Shown here one piece after another: positions 13,520 through 32,745 of a DNA stretch of 64,000 nt. Origin of the DNA: the human T2T-CHM13v2.0 reference genome, Homo sapiens; NCBI RefSeq assembly GCF_009914755.1, contig NC_060933.1; one strand, given 5' to 3'. The stretch's first letter is position 1, and each line of letters begins with the position of its first letter. Position numbers and translations under genes: made by a program. The notes beneath the pieces were generated by a model. It did no database searches, was not told where the DNA came from, and saw only the letters and a program-made list of their open reading frames with translations.

Positions 13520-14978
13520 TTCAGCAGTGATAAATGTACAATTTAGACACATATTCCTGCTGAGAACAATCAGAAAAGCTAGTTTAAAATGTTGAAATAT
13601 ACATATGAAAGTGTTGGAGACTGAACCAGGCAGGAATTACAAGGCGAATATCTGGGAGAAGGAGGAGTCTCAGGCAAACCCAGCATTCAAGGTAGGTTTC
13701 TTCTCCTAGATGAGTCTGCCAGTTTCAGAAGAAAGAGATGAGAGGCTAAAAAGAGTAGCAGAGCTTTTGACATCATTGCATGACCATAACAGAAATTGGA
13801 CAGCATTGCCCACCAAGAAAGGGGCTATCCTGGTAAGAAACCTCCACTTTTAGGATTGGGAATCCAAAAGAGCACACCTTCAGAGAAAAGGTGAACTGAA
13901 AACAGGCTAGTTTCCACAGAAACTGAAGCCCAGCTTCCCATCATTTCAATCCTTGAAGATGGGTTAAAGTGATCTAGGTTGGTCAGAGCTTCTCATGATC
14001 TTCTTTTGAAGGAAGAGGCTATCCCTAGGCCTCAAATCACAATGTTTGGCATTCAATCAATAATAGCCAGCCCCAAAAAGTAATAACTAGGCACACAAGA
14101 CTATAAGACAACATGTTTTTCTTAAAACAGAAAAAAAATAGGCGATCCAAATTATGTTGTTATCATATATGAACTTTAATCATGTTTAATATTCTCAGAG
14201 AAATAAAAGATAAGTTTGAGAATTTTTACAGTTGTACAGGGCTACAAAAGAAGCAGCAGCAGCAACACAGGCCACACATGGCCCACAAAGCCTACAATAT
14301 TCACTGTCTGGGCTTTTACAGAAAAAGCCAGAAGAAAATATCCAGAATGATGTGGGGAGAGAAAAACAAAACCCCCAAATGCAGGAAAAAGCATTAGAGA
14401 TAAGATGGGAGGATGTAAGGAAAATAAATGTAATAGGAATCCCAGAAGGAAAGGAGAAAGAAGATGGGGCAAAAGACATATTTGAAGAAATAATGGCTTG
14501 GAATTTTCCAAAACTTAACTAAAAAATTCATGAAGCCCTATAAACACCAAACAGGACAAAGAAAATGAAAAGCACGTCTAATCTATCATAATAAAACTGC
14601 TAAAAATCAAAAACAAGAAAAGCTTTAAGTAACCAAGGACAAAAGACAAGTCACCTTAAAAGGAGCATCAATAAGACTTGACAGCTTACTTCTCAGTGGA
14701 AATAATGAATGTGAGAAGACAATGGAAAGGTGCCTTCAACATGCTGAAAGAAAATACCAACCTAGAATTCTGAACTCAGCAAAAGTATCCTGTCATAATG
14801 AAAGTAAAGATATTTTAACACAAAAATGAAAAATAATTTATTACAAACAAACCAGCACTGAAAGAAATTCTAAAGGGTATTATTAGGTAGAAGGAAATCC
14901 AGAGAAGCAGCAAATAAGAGCACGAAAAAGGGAAAATAGATGGGCAAAAACGATGACTATATAAAGCAAATAGGATGT
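13520..14978 (+). mobile_element. Old L1 (L1M) 5'/ORF1 fossil with a small MER58-like insert near 14270-14330
   Basis: ORF 14232..14522 contains RKINVIGIPEGKEKEDGAKDIFEEIMAWNFPKL, the L1 ORF1p RRM signature; A-rich strand bias. Confidence 0.8.
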
Positions 14979-15433
14979 TGTAAAAGTTGGTAGAATCAAA
15001 ATGGGGTCACTAATATTAAAACATACAAAAAACCCAACAGTACCCTGACAAATAGAGCTGGGGGAGGGTCATAAAGACAGGATTCTCATGCTTGTATGCC
15101 TGATAACAAAAAGTATCATAAAATACTCAACAGAAACCACAACCTTGCACAAACTCCATTGCAACGTTATACAAAAAAATACTTATTCAAAGATATCTGC
15201 CCAGCAACTGCCTGTCCAACCTCAGACTTGCATTACACTTATTATTGACCTTTGTAGCCAAGGATAATTATTTCAAAACAATTATGTAATCCTCATTTTT
15301 TCCTTAAAAATCTATGTCTTCCTTTACCTCCCTGAAAACACACTTAGTTTACTATGGTGCATGTATCCCCACTGCAATGCTCTATTCCCAAATATTTTTC
15401 TTTCAGAGAGCCTATCTCATATTTATGCTGACA
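14979..15433 (+). mobile_element. ERV1 (MER4-group, MER65-like) 5' LTR
   Basis: TG...CA termini (tgtaaaag...gctgaca) followed directly by a PBS; subfamily from remembered similarity. Confidence 0.75.
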
Positions 15434-15437
15434 TATA

Positions 15438-15455
15438 TGGTGTCAGAAGTGAGAC
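15438..15455 (+). other. Retroviral primer-binding site, tRNA-Leu type
   Basis: TGGTGTCAGAAGTGAGAC, 4 nt after the LTR; matches the complement of the tRNA-Leu 3' end TGGTGTCAGAAGTGGGAT at 16/18. Confidence 0.8.
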
Positions 15456-16020
15456 CCAAAAAAAAGATCACTATCAGATCAGCGATTATGGGAACCAGTG
15501 TGCAGTACTCATGTGAGCCTTTTGTGCTCTCTGCTTCTGCAGCTCACCTTTTCTGCCCTGGTGAGTCTTTTCCCAGGCTGAGCCTCCCACTTTTTGGTAG
15601 AGGCTTTTAAAATATTATTTGGGATCTTGTTTAGATAAGGTCACCTTAATAAAGGACCATACATTCCCTCCTCAGATGATAAAAGACTTTTTGTCTTCTG
15701 GTAAGCCCTTTTTGGTATAAAGACAAGTGTCTCTCTGAACACTGAGCTTTGGGTACCCAACTCTATATTCTGCAGAATTTACATTCTGTCTGTGAGGTAG
15801 GTCTTTTCTGGTGAATATATTTTTAGTGTGGTCTGTGTACCTATTTTAATGTTTTGTTTGATCTGAATGCCTGGGTTAAAATTTTTATGAACACTCTTGT
15901 CTTGGTCTCTTTTGATTTGGTTTGACTCTCTTCCCTTGCTTGTTTCTGAAAATCTTCTGAGAGCCAAAATAAATTTCTAAATGGTGGGTATGGGATAGCT
16001 AATTAAAAACCACTAGGGAA

Positions 16021-16436
<416 letters not shown>

Positions 16437-16721
16437 TTAAGGCATGCCAGCTTTTCTGGGACTCCAGCCAGCTACATATTATGGCCCATTCTTGTGCACA
16501 TGTTTAAACTGATAGGCAAAATTATATCAAGGAAAATTCAGAGCTCAAATGGTCATGATTCAAAAAACCTGGAAGTATCGAAGTACCATGTAGAGTCTTC
16601 TAAATTCTTTTTTTCCCTGCCTCCGTTGAATCTGCTGACTGTGCTACTGATATTGATTTAAAACTCAGTTTATGGCATTCCAACCAAGATTTTTTTTTAA
16701 ATAAAAAAGGAAGTAATGGTC

Positions 16722-17021
<300 letters not shown>

Positions 17022-17974
17022 GGAAGTAGTAGTCTTAAAGGGCTTTTAAATGAATGGCTTTACAAATTACATCAGTAATTTGTACTGGTGTACAAATTGT
17101 AACCTAGACACCTTTTAGAAATATACATTTAGATTTGACTGACTAGCAATTATGTGCAGTGATGGAACACTTAATTGAAAAATTAATAATCTGAAAATAA
17201 AAAGAACTAGGTAAATGTTTATAAAAGTTAGGCTCCTGGATCAAACGAGTCAAAATCTTGAGCTCTGAGCAATTATATGCAGTATCTCTGTCCAACATAA
17301 ACATTTTGCTTTTTCTGCCATGCTGGAGCCAAAAAGAAACATCTGCTGGGTGGGGGAAAACTGCTAAAATTCTTCACCATCTGTGTTTACTAATAAAGCA
17401 AAGCAGACTGGCCAAAAAAATAGATTTGTTACTAGTTCAAGGCTACTTGAAGATGTTTTCCTTATTCAATTCCATCAGTCCTAGCTAAAATGTAAACATT
17501 GAAAATTTACCCCTAACCTCATTTGAAACTGAAAAGTGGGGGTGAGGAAGGTGAAAGAGGTTTTTAAAAATTCAAACTGCCATGAAAACTGCTTTACCCC
17601 AAATTTTGGTCCACAGCTTTCATTAGATTATCTATTGGGAAAAATAAAGTTTAGTCATGTGAACAGATCCCAATTTTGTCAGAAATATGATTTAGCTCTA
17701 ACTGTCTTTTATAAAGGAATAAATTTGTATTTCTAGCTCATGACTAATATTCTAAAATGAAAGCTCTAAGATGATTGTGTATGTGTACATGATGTGTATA
17801 TGTGTTTAGGTGTGTTTACATACATGTGCATGTATTACATTTTATGTTGTGTCGACATATAAAAATCTAGTATAGTCAACCAAAAATCCCTTAAGGAATT
17901 ATATTAAGATAAATGAATGCTAATATAAAATAGTAATTTACCCAAATGCTTTTTAGTTCACATGACTTCAGTAA

Positions 17975-18288
<314 letters not shown>

Positions 18289-18566
18289 TAATAAATAAGT
18301 TGGTTTTAAAATTATTGGTAAAAGGAAAATACAAATGTCTTCAAAGTATCATATAAATGTCTACAAAGTTTATAAAACTGTAAACCCAGCCTAAAACAGA
18401 ATGATCTTTATGTTAGTTTTTTATAAATAAGACTAATATTGTTGATTTAATGGAAACAAATGTATCTTCTGTATTATTGGCAAAACACACATATATTTAA
18501 CTTTAAGGTTCTTACTTAGGTGAACATCTGATATTTATAGGCTATAAAAATGGTTAACAGGAAAAA

Positions 18567-18929
<363 letters not shown>

Positions 18930-19887
18930 CTAATATCTCAGTTTTTACAAGCAATCTAGGTAAACTGTCAAAAACTAAACAAATTAGGTAAATGTAAATG
19001 GGATAAATGCTTATAAATGAACTTTTCATGTAATTTGAAATTTTAAATTACATTAACTTAAATAATAGATACTCATTAAATGTGTGGGTCATTTCCAAAT
19101 TAGGTAAAAATGGAAACAAATTACTAAACATAAGTTTGTTCTTGGCTTCTTGAATGTTATAAATGGGCTAAGTGTGTTTGGATCTATTAATTCATTTAAA
19201 TATTATATAATCAGATAACATATTTCTAAAAATTATAAAATGGTTCTCATCTATAAAATACTAATATGTGATAGATAATTCAAGATTTTTTGCTTCCTAG
19301 GTTTTCACTAAAATTTAAGGTTACTGAGAGTTAAAATTCTAATTAATATATACAATTCTCCATATAAAAGTGTCAAAAATAAGATTTTTTAGTAAAAAAA
19401 TTAAAAAGGCATAAAAATGTGTTTATTGGAAAAAGAATAATTTTGTATAATTTGGAGGTCATTTAAAGGTTGTTTCAAAATATGGAACAAGATAGAAATA
19501 AGGAGAGAGATATGTGAGGAAAGTTATAATATGCATATAAAGATATATTTTTGGTTTTAAAAAATTAAAAAGAAAAATAATAACTTTATATGAGAAAGAA
19601 TCTTCTTTGATACATTTTGTCCTAAAATTAAATGACTAGTTATTTAAGAAAGAGGTTGTATAGGACAAAGCAGAAAGTCCAAGCATGTCATCAGTGGTCT
19701 GAGTAAAGGGTGATAAGATTTATGAAAAGGAAATTTATGAAAGAAATTTTGTGTATGATCAAGTTGGCTATAATTAGAAAGAAATTATTTATAAGTCTAC
19801 AAAGATTGAGCTTTGATATTAAAAGTACACTAATCTAATACCAAACTAAAAAGTTTGGTTCCAGATGTTAGAACAACAAAGTCATCC

Positions 19888-20177
19888 TTTTTTTTTTTGA
19901 GACAGTCTTGCTCTGTCACCTAGACTGGAGTCTAGTGGCATGAACACAGCTCACTGCAGCCTCAACTTCCTGGGCTCAAATGATTCCCCTTCCTCAGCCT
20001 CCTGAGTAGCTGGGACCACAAGTGCATGCCACTGTGCCAGGCTAATTTTTAATTTTTTGTAGAGACAGAGTCTCACCATGTTGCCCAAGGTGGTCTTGAA
20101 CTCCTGGGCTCAAGCAGTCCTCCTGCTTCAGCCTCCTAAAGTGCTGGGATTACAGGTGTGAACCACCATGCCCAGCC
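19888..20177 (-). mobile_element. Alu (AluJ-like)
   Basis: Diverged dimer, ctcctgggctcaag diagnostic. Confidence 0.9.
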
Positions 20178-20989
20178 AAGTCTTGAACTATTGATTTGTT
20201 CTTAGGAAAATTATAAGAGGTTTTATTTTTATTTCTTAAATATATTTAACATCCATCTTCTAAACTCCAGACAGTTTCTATTTCTGAGATCTATTTCATT
20301 TCCCTAGTTTCAGGTTGGAAATACTGTCTTTTCAATTCAGAATGGTAATTTCATTTCTCAAGGTAACATTTTTCTTTTTGAAACTTCTCAGATTTATATC
20401 TCAGAAGTTCAACTTTTGCTGTACCTCACTGCACATGATTTGCAGGTCATAAGCCATTTTCCTGGGTTCTTTCTCTCCTTGGAAAGTTCTATCCTTTTGC
20501 TTGGCTGGTGTGTTAACTCTCTCCCTAAACCTTTTCATCAACTCCTGCAACTTTTTATCTGGCTATAACTCTGCTGTTATGGCCTGATGTTGAAATGTTT
20601 ACCTTGATGGACGAGAAAAGCAATATTTTCAGTATAACTTGATTCTGTACTTCTGGCTTTGACACGTCAGAATTATTTAATATAGCAAGGAAGCTTCCTG
20701 TGCTATTACTAAGAGCCATGTGTCCCTCTGCTCAAGGTTCTAGTTTTCTTGTTTACATTCCTCTGTAATAGAATGTACACTCATAACCTGGGACACACTC
20801 TTCCTGGGTCTGATTAAATTCAAGTACTCTTTCATCAGGTTTGACTTCTAGGTTATGTAAATGGGCTCTCCATGTGGAGAAACAATCACATACAGGGGTT
20901 TTTTTTCTTTTTCACCTTTTTGGTAACTGGCCTAATAAAGCCAACGATTGTATAGGTTTTTGATTACTTAGAAAAACTGAGCTTTAAAT

Positions 20990-21280
20990 TTTTTGTTTGA
21001 GACAGGATCTCATTCTGTTGCCCAGGCTGGAGTGCAATGGTATGATCATGGCTCACTGCAGCCTTGACTTCCCAGGCTCAAGCAAGCCTCCCACCTCAGC
21101 CTCCTGAATAGCTGGGATCACAAGTGTGTACTACAACACCCGGATAACTTTTTAAAAAACTTTTTGTAGAGACAGGGTATTCCTATGTAGTCCAGGCTAC
21201 TCTCTAACTCCTGAGCTCAAGTGATCTTCCCTCCTCTGCCTCTCAAAGTGCTGGGATTACAGGGGTGAGCCACTGCACCC
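20990..21280 (-). mobile_element. Alu (AluJ-like)
   Basis: Diverged dimer. Confidence 0.9.
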
Positions 21281-21333
21281 ATCCATAACCAAGCTTTAAA
21301 AGGGCTAATTTTTTAACATCCATTTAACTTTCT

Positions 21334-21669
<336 letters not shown>

Positions 21670-22189
21670 TAACTTTCTATGTTGCTTTGGAACTCTTTTA
21701 ATTATCACTCTGGTTAAGTAAATGACTATTATTTTACAGTGACCTGTGATTCTGTTTTGATCAAGTATTTCAAACTTTTTGACATCTTTGACAGGTTTCC
21801 CCAGGATCAAAATTCTAAATTAAGTCTTACTGACCTAAAGTTAACTTTGGGATTTTCCAGTTGGGCCCCTGGAGACTCTCAAAGGATGTATTTCTTATCT
21901 TGTAGAGATGCTAAATGATTAAGCTGATGTGGTCATTGTCAAATGATAGTGAAACTAGATCTTCTTTCAGTTATATTTATTGGTGTATTATTGATGTAAA
22001 TGTTCCAAAAATTATATAAAATCACAAAATCTGATTTTATCAGTCATAATTTTGGTTACATTAAATTTTTTCTAAAGTGATGTTTGTATGGATGTGTTAT
22101 TAATGGGAGTATTCTAAAGACTACATGAAATTTATAGAAGTCTGATGCTTCTGATGTGATACTATCATAGTCAGGATTCTGGTTCTCTC

Positions 22190-22945
<756 letters not shown>

Positions 22946-23091
22946 ATGAAGAAACTGAGGCTAACCTGACCCTGCTGGGGGATGTTATAGGATGTACCAG
23001 ACACACTGCAGGGGCGACTATAAGAGGCACTGGTAATGCAGCATGAAGACCAAAATGTCAGAGCCAGCGTGATAAAGAATTATGACAGTCA

Positions 23092-23392
23092 GGCTGGACG
23101 CGGTGGCTCACACCTGTAATCCCAGCATTTTGGGAGGTCAAGGTGGGGAGATCACTTGAGGTCAGGAGTTCAAGACCAGCCTGGCCAACATGGTGAAACC
23201 TCATCTTTACTAAAAATGCAAAAATCAGCCAGGTGTGGTGGTGGTGCATGCCTGTAATCCCAGATACTCAGGCAGCTGAGGCAGGAGAATTGCTTGAACC
23301 CAGGAGGTGGAGGTTACAGTGAGATCGTGCCACTGCACTCCAGCCCGGGTAATGGAGTGAGACTCTGTCTCATAAATAAATAAATATATAAA
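23092..23392 (+). mobile_element. Alu (AluS)
   Basis: Full dimer with TAAA tail. Confidence 0.93.
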
Positions 23393-23659
23393 GAAACACA
23401 GGATGTCAGAGCAAGCTCAACACAACTACTGACGCAAATTCAATATCTGCTACTGAAACTAGGATGTATAACAACTGTAGCTCCTCTTGATTCCACTTGA
23501 ATAGAGCTAAAAATCCACTACAACTCATTAGCCACTTGCTGGCATTCAGGGTATTTTTTTGTTGATCAGTAATTACATTTGTTGATCATATATTTATAAA
23601 TGGGTATGTTCCTTTGGATCTCGATTTCTTCCCCACCCAAACTCGTCTGCTCTTCATTA

Positions 23660-24125
23660 CAATATAATCCAAAGACATTTGTCTTTCCGCTCCACAAAAC
23701 ATCATGCTGCTCTGTTATGTCGACGGCAGCATCCTAACTGGACTTGGGAAACAGGAAAGTGGCAACTGCTTGAATGTGGGGCATATGTGTGCCAGAAAGT
23801 CGATGAAAAATACTACAATGATTCTGGGTCCTGTAATCACAATGAAGTTTTTATGGATCCAGTGGTCCAAGGCATGCCATGGCATTGTCCTTAAGGCAAA
23901 AAACAAGTTCTTGCACCTTTTACTTCCTACCACTGAGAAAGAGGCAAAGAGCTTCTGGCAGCCTCTACCAGGGACCCAGCTCCGGCTCACTTACTGAATA
24001 ACTCAAAAGGCTGGTAGCTTTGTGTGAGGTCCGTAGCAAGAGAGGACTCCAGGTCCAGGCTGGGATGCAAGCTGGCCTGTCACTTGGGCCATGTTACCCA
24101 GAAGACCCAGTGGAGCTAGACACAT
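23660..24125 (+). mobile_element. ERVL pol fossil, RT catalytic and thumb region
   Basis: ORF 23704..23997: LLCYVDGSILTG (degenerate YIDD), KFLWIQWSKAC, KNKFLHLLLPTTEKEA, similar to HERVL KFLGVQW...KDKLLHLAPPTTKKEA. Confidence 0.85.
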
Positions 24126-24129
24126 CTAT

Positions 24130-24447
24130 TCTACTCGACATTGCACTATAGGTCCTGGTCATTCCAATAAGGCGAGAGAGAGAAAGGTATAAAGATTGGG
24201 GGAAAAGGGCCAGGCATCGTGGCTCATACCTGTAATCCCAGTGCTTTGTGAGACTGAGGCAGGAGCATCACTTGAGGCCAGGAGTTTGAGGCTGCAGTGA
24301 ACCATGATCACACCACCTCCCTCCAGCCTGGGAGACTGAGCGAGACCCTGTCTCTTAGGAAAAAGAAAAAAAAAATTGGAAAAAAGATATCGTATTCTCA
24401 GTCAATATGATATGTAGCCTGGGCAACATAGGGAGATCCTATCTCCA

Positions 24448-24485
<38 letters not shown>

Positions 24486-24900
24486 AGCCAGGCATAGTGG
24501 TCCATACCTGTAGTCCCAGCTACTCGAGAGGCTGAGGTGGAGGGTCACTTGAGTCCAGGAGCTCAGGCTGCAGTGAGCTACAGTGGCACCATTGCACTCC
24601 AGCCTGGGCGACAGAGCGAGACCCTGTCACAAACAAACAAAAAATATGATTGGGTATGAAAAAAGTATAAAAGAATCGACTGATAAGTTATTAGCATTAA
24701 GAGACATTAGCAAGGTTTCTGGATCCAAAACGAATACTCAAAAATAAATTGTGCAAATATTCATAGCAGTTTTAGTCACAATACTCAAAACCTAAAAACA
24801 ACTCAAGTATCCATCAATAGGTGACTATAGAAACAAAATGTAGAATAGCTACACAACGGTGTGTGGCTCAGCTACAAAAAGGAACAAATCAATAATACAC
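24130..24900 (+). mobile_element. L1 ORF2/3' fragments interrupted by an Alu monomer (24208-24375) and a 5'-truncated AluJ (24416-24645)
   Basis: L1-like segments (tagcaaggtttctggatccaaaacgaatactcaaaaat; aactcaagtatccatcaatagg) with Alu arms in between. Confidence 0.65.
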
Positions 24901-25029
24901 ATGAGCCGCTTACTGATTGATTAACTTAGCTCCAGATTCACCCTTCAGTCCCCACCTGCTGTCATTGGCTGGACTCCATCCTTCTTGGCTGTGGGCACGA
25001 TATTCAGCTTTGTCAAAAGAGGGTGCTCA

Positions 25030-25435
<406 letters not shown>

Positions 25436-25879
25436 CTAGCATCCATGTACGTAGAGGACCGCAACGGTGCCCTGCCCCAGGCTTGGCTGCATGTCTCCAC
25501 CCTGAAAGTAGCTGGCCTGTGGTTCCAGGATCCGCTCACACTGGCAGGGTGACCAACTCATCCTGGCTCTCCCAGAACCGGCCTGCTTTGAAAAGTGGAA
25601 TGCCCATGTCTGGGAGCTCCCTCGGTCCCAGGCAAACCGGGATGCTTAGTTTCACCACAGACCAGACTCCTCCAACACAGCTTTTAAAGGAAGAGGAAAG
25701 CCCAGAACTCCGAGCTCCTCTCCCCAGGTGCTGAAGGGCCATGTTCCCACCAGGACCACAGCCCAGCCCTCCACAGCTAACGACAGAGGTGGTTGTGTGT
25801 CCGTCTTCAGGTTTTGTTCCCTTTTCCTCCCTTCCCTCTTTTCTCCTAAAACGTGCGAAGGAAACTGGGGATAAGAGGG

Positions 25880-26320
25880 AGGCTTTCGACAATATTAGGA
25901 ACATCTCTGACGTTCTTTCTCGAGAAAACGTAACATCTACCACCCTGGGTCCCCCGCTTAGGATCCTCACCGAGGACATCGATTTCAATACGGCGCTCCG
26001 AGAGCCCCTGGAACACCCCGGGGAAGTACAAGAGGTAGCGGCGAGTCAATCCAGGGACTCCAGCTGGGACCCCCGGCGAGTCCCTCGGCTCCATGCCCCT
26101 CCTTGCTTGCAGCTTCATCCTTGGAAACTGTTTCTCAAAGTGGTGCCTCGGCCCGTCTGCACGTGGAAGGCAAGAATCTGGGGGCCTCAAAATCTGCAGG
26201 CTGAAGGAGCTCCTCTGGTGCCGCTGACGCACACCGTAGCGCACCTGCGGCGTCTCGTGGCTGGCCCGTTCCCAGGGCACGCAGCTGCACTTCACCAGAT
26301 GACGCCGATTGTCTCCTAGA
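25880..26320. promoter_or_regulatory. Orphan intergenic CpG-rich patch (candidate enhancer/promoter)
   Basis: High GC and visibly dense CpG in non-repeat sequence; CACGTG at 26160 and TGACGCA at 26225. Confidence 0.5.
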
Positions 26321-26540
26321 GTGGTGGTGCCTGGTCCACCTCATCACAGTCTTCATGAGTTCCCCTTGCTCCCCATTCTGTCAATAGTAGAAGCGGCCAG
26401 ATTTGTCAAATTGTTGCCAGTCTCAGAGCAGTACCAGTATCTCATTAGAACCTGCATTTCCCTGATTACTAATGACGTGGAGCTTTTGTCATGTATTTTA
26501 TTGGCTAATCATGTTTTCTTCTGTAAAATGCCCATTCATG

Positions 26541-26800
<260 letters not shown>

Positions 26801-26894
26801 CAAAAATCCCATTCATGTCTTTTAAATATTTTTCTCTTCAGTTGTGTGTGTATGTGTGTGTGTATTGCTACTTAAGCCTGTCTCAAATGTATTC

Positions 26895-27740
26895 AGTGGT
26901 TTCATTAACATATACCATGTACAATAAAGGCCACAAACTTAAGTGCACAGCTTAGGATTTGAGTGTAACCGCTACCTGGATCGATACAGAACCTTTACAT
27001 CACCCTAGAGTCCTTGTGCCCCTTCTCAGGCATGTCCCTCTTAGAGATGATTGCTATTAACAGTGCTTAGTTTGATCTGTTCTTGAACCTCATATAAATC
27101 AAATCATAAAGTGTGTGCTCTTTTGTGTCTGGTTGCGAGATTCATCCCTATTGAGGCATTTATCAGGAGTTTTTTATTGTCATGTAATAGTTTATAGCAT
27201 GAATAAACCATAATTGATAGACACTTGTGCCATTTCCAGTTTGGGGCTAACATGAATTAAACTGCTTTTAACATTCTTATTCATGTCCCTTTCTATACTT
27301 ATGCACTCGTTTTGTATATGCTAGGAGAGGAATTGCTGGGTCACAAGGTAGGCATGTTTAGCCTTGGCAGATAATTTCTTAACAGTTTTCCAAAGCAGTT
27401 AAGCCAATTTCCACTCCCACCAGCACTGTACAAGAGTTCCCACTGCTGTACGTTCCCTCCAACACTTGGTATTGTCAATCCTTTTAAATTCTGGTGGTGG
27501 GTGTGCAGGCATATCTCATTGTGACTTTTAATTTGCAAAACTTGGATCGCCAATGAGGTTAAGCGTTTTTTGTGTAGTTAATTGACCATTTGTGTTTTCT
27601 CCTGTTAAATACCTGTTCGTGTATGTTTCCATTTGTTTATTTGAATGCTTTTGACTTGGTAATATTTAGGAGTTGTGCACATATTCTGGACACTAATACT
27701 GTTTGGGTAAATGCATTGCAAATCTTTCCTCCCAGTCTCT
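26895..27740 (-). mobile_element. Old L1 (L1ME-like) 3' region
   Basis: ggaattgctgggtca...ttccactcccaccagca...ctcattgtgactttta, typical reverse-complement L1 3' sequence. Confidence 0.75.
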
Positions 27741-28064
27741 CTTTCTTCCCTGGGTGGGTGGGGGGACTCTGCGCTTTGCCTCCAGTGTTCCATGTGTGGA
27801 CAATTTTAACTGAAGATCTGGGCCATCAGGCTCAACACACACTTGTACGGCAACTCCGGCTTCAGCCTTCACCCGTCTGTCTGGATTCCTGCGTTCATGT
27901 CCTTTTTGGCCCTGAATGTTTCCTGCTAGCTCAGTTATAGTTACCAGCCCCCAGCCCTGTCACCATATTTCATTCAGAATTTTTAGGGGTTTGTTTTAAG
28001 AGGCATAATCAGGATCTCTAAGCTGCAGGTTGTCAGAACTGGAAGTCACCAGTTACTTTTGAAT

Positions 28065-28462
<398 letters not shown>

Positions 28463-28465
28463 TGA

Positions 28466-29222
<757 letters not shown>

Positions 29223-29681
29223 TGAGTCTTATTTTTTAAACAAGCATTCCAGATAATTCTTACCTGCTGAGCTATTGCCCTAGGGACAGCCTCTCCTGGA
29301 GAGCTGCTCAGAGACAAAATTACATGCTTTGAGTGGCTAGAATACCCATATGCAAAAGAATGAAGCTGGACTCCATCCTCACACCATACAGAAAGGTTAA
29401 CTCATAACGGACCACAGACCTACATGTAAGGCTAGAACTATACAACTCTGAAGAAAACATAGGAGCAAATCTTTGTGACTCTGGGTTAGGCAAAGCCTTT
29501 GTAGACACCAAATGTACACGTGACAGAAAAAATAGATATGTTGGACTCAATCCAAATTAAAAACTTTTGTACTACAAACAGCATCATCAAGAAAGTGAAA
29601 AGACAACCCACGGAACGGGAGAAAGTATTTGCAAATCATATATCTGATACAGGACTTGTCTTTAGAATATATAAAGAACTC

Positions 29682-29990
<309 letters not shown>

Positions 29991-30376
29991 AAAGGACTCA
30001 TCACTCCATAATAAAAAGATAAACCATCCCATTTTAAAATGGGCAAAGGATCTGAACAGACATTTATCAAAAGAAGACAAACAAATGGCCAATAAGCATA
30101 TGAAGAGTTGCTCGACATTCTTAGTCATCAGGAAAGTGAAAACCAATAAGATACCACTTCACACCCGTAGGGTGGTTATAGAGACAGATATGAACAAGTG
30201 TTGGCAACAATGTAGAGAAACTGGATGCTTCATGTACTGCTGCAAGAAATGTAAAGTCTTGCAGCTGTTTTAGCAACAGCCTGGTGGTTCCTCAGAAGGT
30301 TAAACAGAATTATCAAACAACCTAGCAATTCCATTCCTGGGCATATACTCGAGAAATTAAAACATCTGTCCACATT

Positions 30377-30716
<340 letters not shown>

Positions 30717-31114
30717 TTATTCATAACAGTCCAAAAGTGGATACAACTGAAATGCATTCAGCTGATGAATGAGTAAACAAAACGGCGCATTTTCATACGA
30801 TGGGGTATTACTCTGCAATAAACAGGAATGAAGGACTGATCCATGCTACAACGCGATGAACTTTGAAAGCATCAGAAAGAAACCAGACACGAAAGGCCAC
30901 ATGTCGTGTGATTCCATGTATGATTGTATGTGAAATGTTCAGAATAGGCAAATCCATGGAGACAGAAGGTAGAGGAGTGGTTGCCAGGAGACTGGGTGGG
31001 GAGAAGGAAATGGGGAGTGACGGCTAATGGGTACGGGGTTTCTTTGTGGGGTGATGAATTGTTCTTAAATTAATGGGAATGGTACAATTCTGTAGATATA
31101 CTAAAAACCATTAA

Positions 31115-31465
<351 letters not shown>

Positions 31466-31937
31466 TGAATTTTATGTGTGAATTATTTCTCAATAAAATT
31501 GTTTTATATATATTATCATTGAATACATATACATATATATATATATATAAAAGTGGCAAGGAAGTTTGTTGTTATTCATTCCCCTCTATTACATACAATG
31601 ATAGAATTTCCCCCTGCCAGTCTGTTATGTTTTGTAGAGTGCATAAAGTTATCTATCACTACAGATGAGATCCTGATGCTTGCCCAGCTTCAGGTACAAC
31701 CTCCCCATGAATCTAAGGCAGCGGGCTCAGTGAATAGACATCTCCTACCTGGGCCCATAGAGAGGTCCACAGTTTTTGTTCTTCCTCTCCATCTGGAGAT
31801 CAGTGGAGTATCTTGCTGTTTTTGAGAATAACCAACTGGTGCCCCAGTGGTCATATGTAAATTAGATGTCACTGTCCTCATTCTGGCTGCAGGGACCAAG
31901 AGCAATTGGAAAAGATTCTCAAAGGAAATAAGAGCTT

Positions 31938-32289
<352 letters not shown>

Positions 32290-32424
32290 TCACTAAAATA
32301 CAAAAGTGATGGCTATGAAACTTGACCTCAGCCCTCTCATGCCAGGGAAGGAATGACCAGGCTGGTAGGTCTGTAGCTTGTTCGATGCTCCTGAGCTGTT
32401 GATAAAAAATAAAAATTAAAAATA

Positions 32425-32700
32425 GGCTGGGCGCGGTGGCTCACACCTGTAATCCCAGCACTTTGGGAGGCTGAGGCGGGCGGATCATCTGAGGTCAGGA
32501 GTTCAAGACCAGCCTGGCCAACATGGCAAAACCCCATCTCTACTAAAAACACAAAAATTAGCCTGGCATGTGCCTATAACCCCAGGTACTCAGGAGGCTG
32601 AGGCAGGAGAATTGCTTGAATCTGGGAGGCAGAGGTTGCAGTGAGCCGAGATGGTGCCACTGCCCTCCAGCCTGGGTGACAGAGCAAGACTGTGTCTCAA

Positions 32701-32744
<44 letters not shown>

Positions 32745-32745
32745 T
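32425..32745 (+). mobile_element. Alu with (AAT)n tail
   Basis: Dimer plus ~13 AAT units. Confidence 0.93.

Noticed and set aside
23704-23997. Active or domesticated reverse transcriptase
   Set aside because: The catalytic motif is degenerate (YVDG), and the region is frameshifted and interrupted by insertions.
25741-26319. 192-aa ATG ORF as a novel gene
   Set aside because: No recognisable homology, splice context or poly(A) signal; expected by chance in GC-rich DNA. Kept only as a note under the CpG patch.
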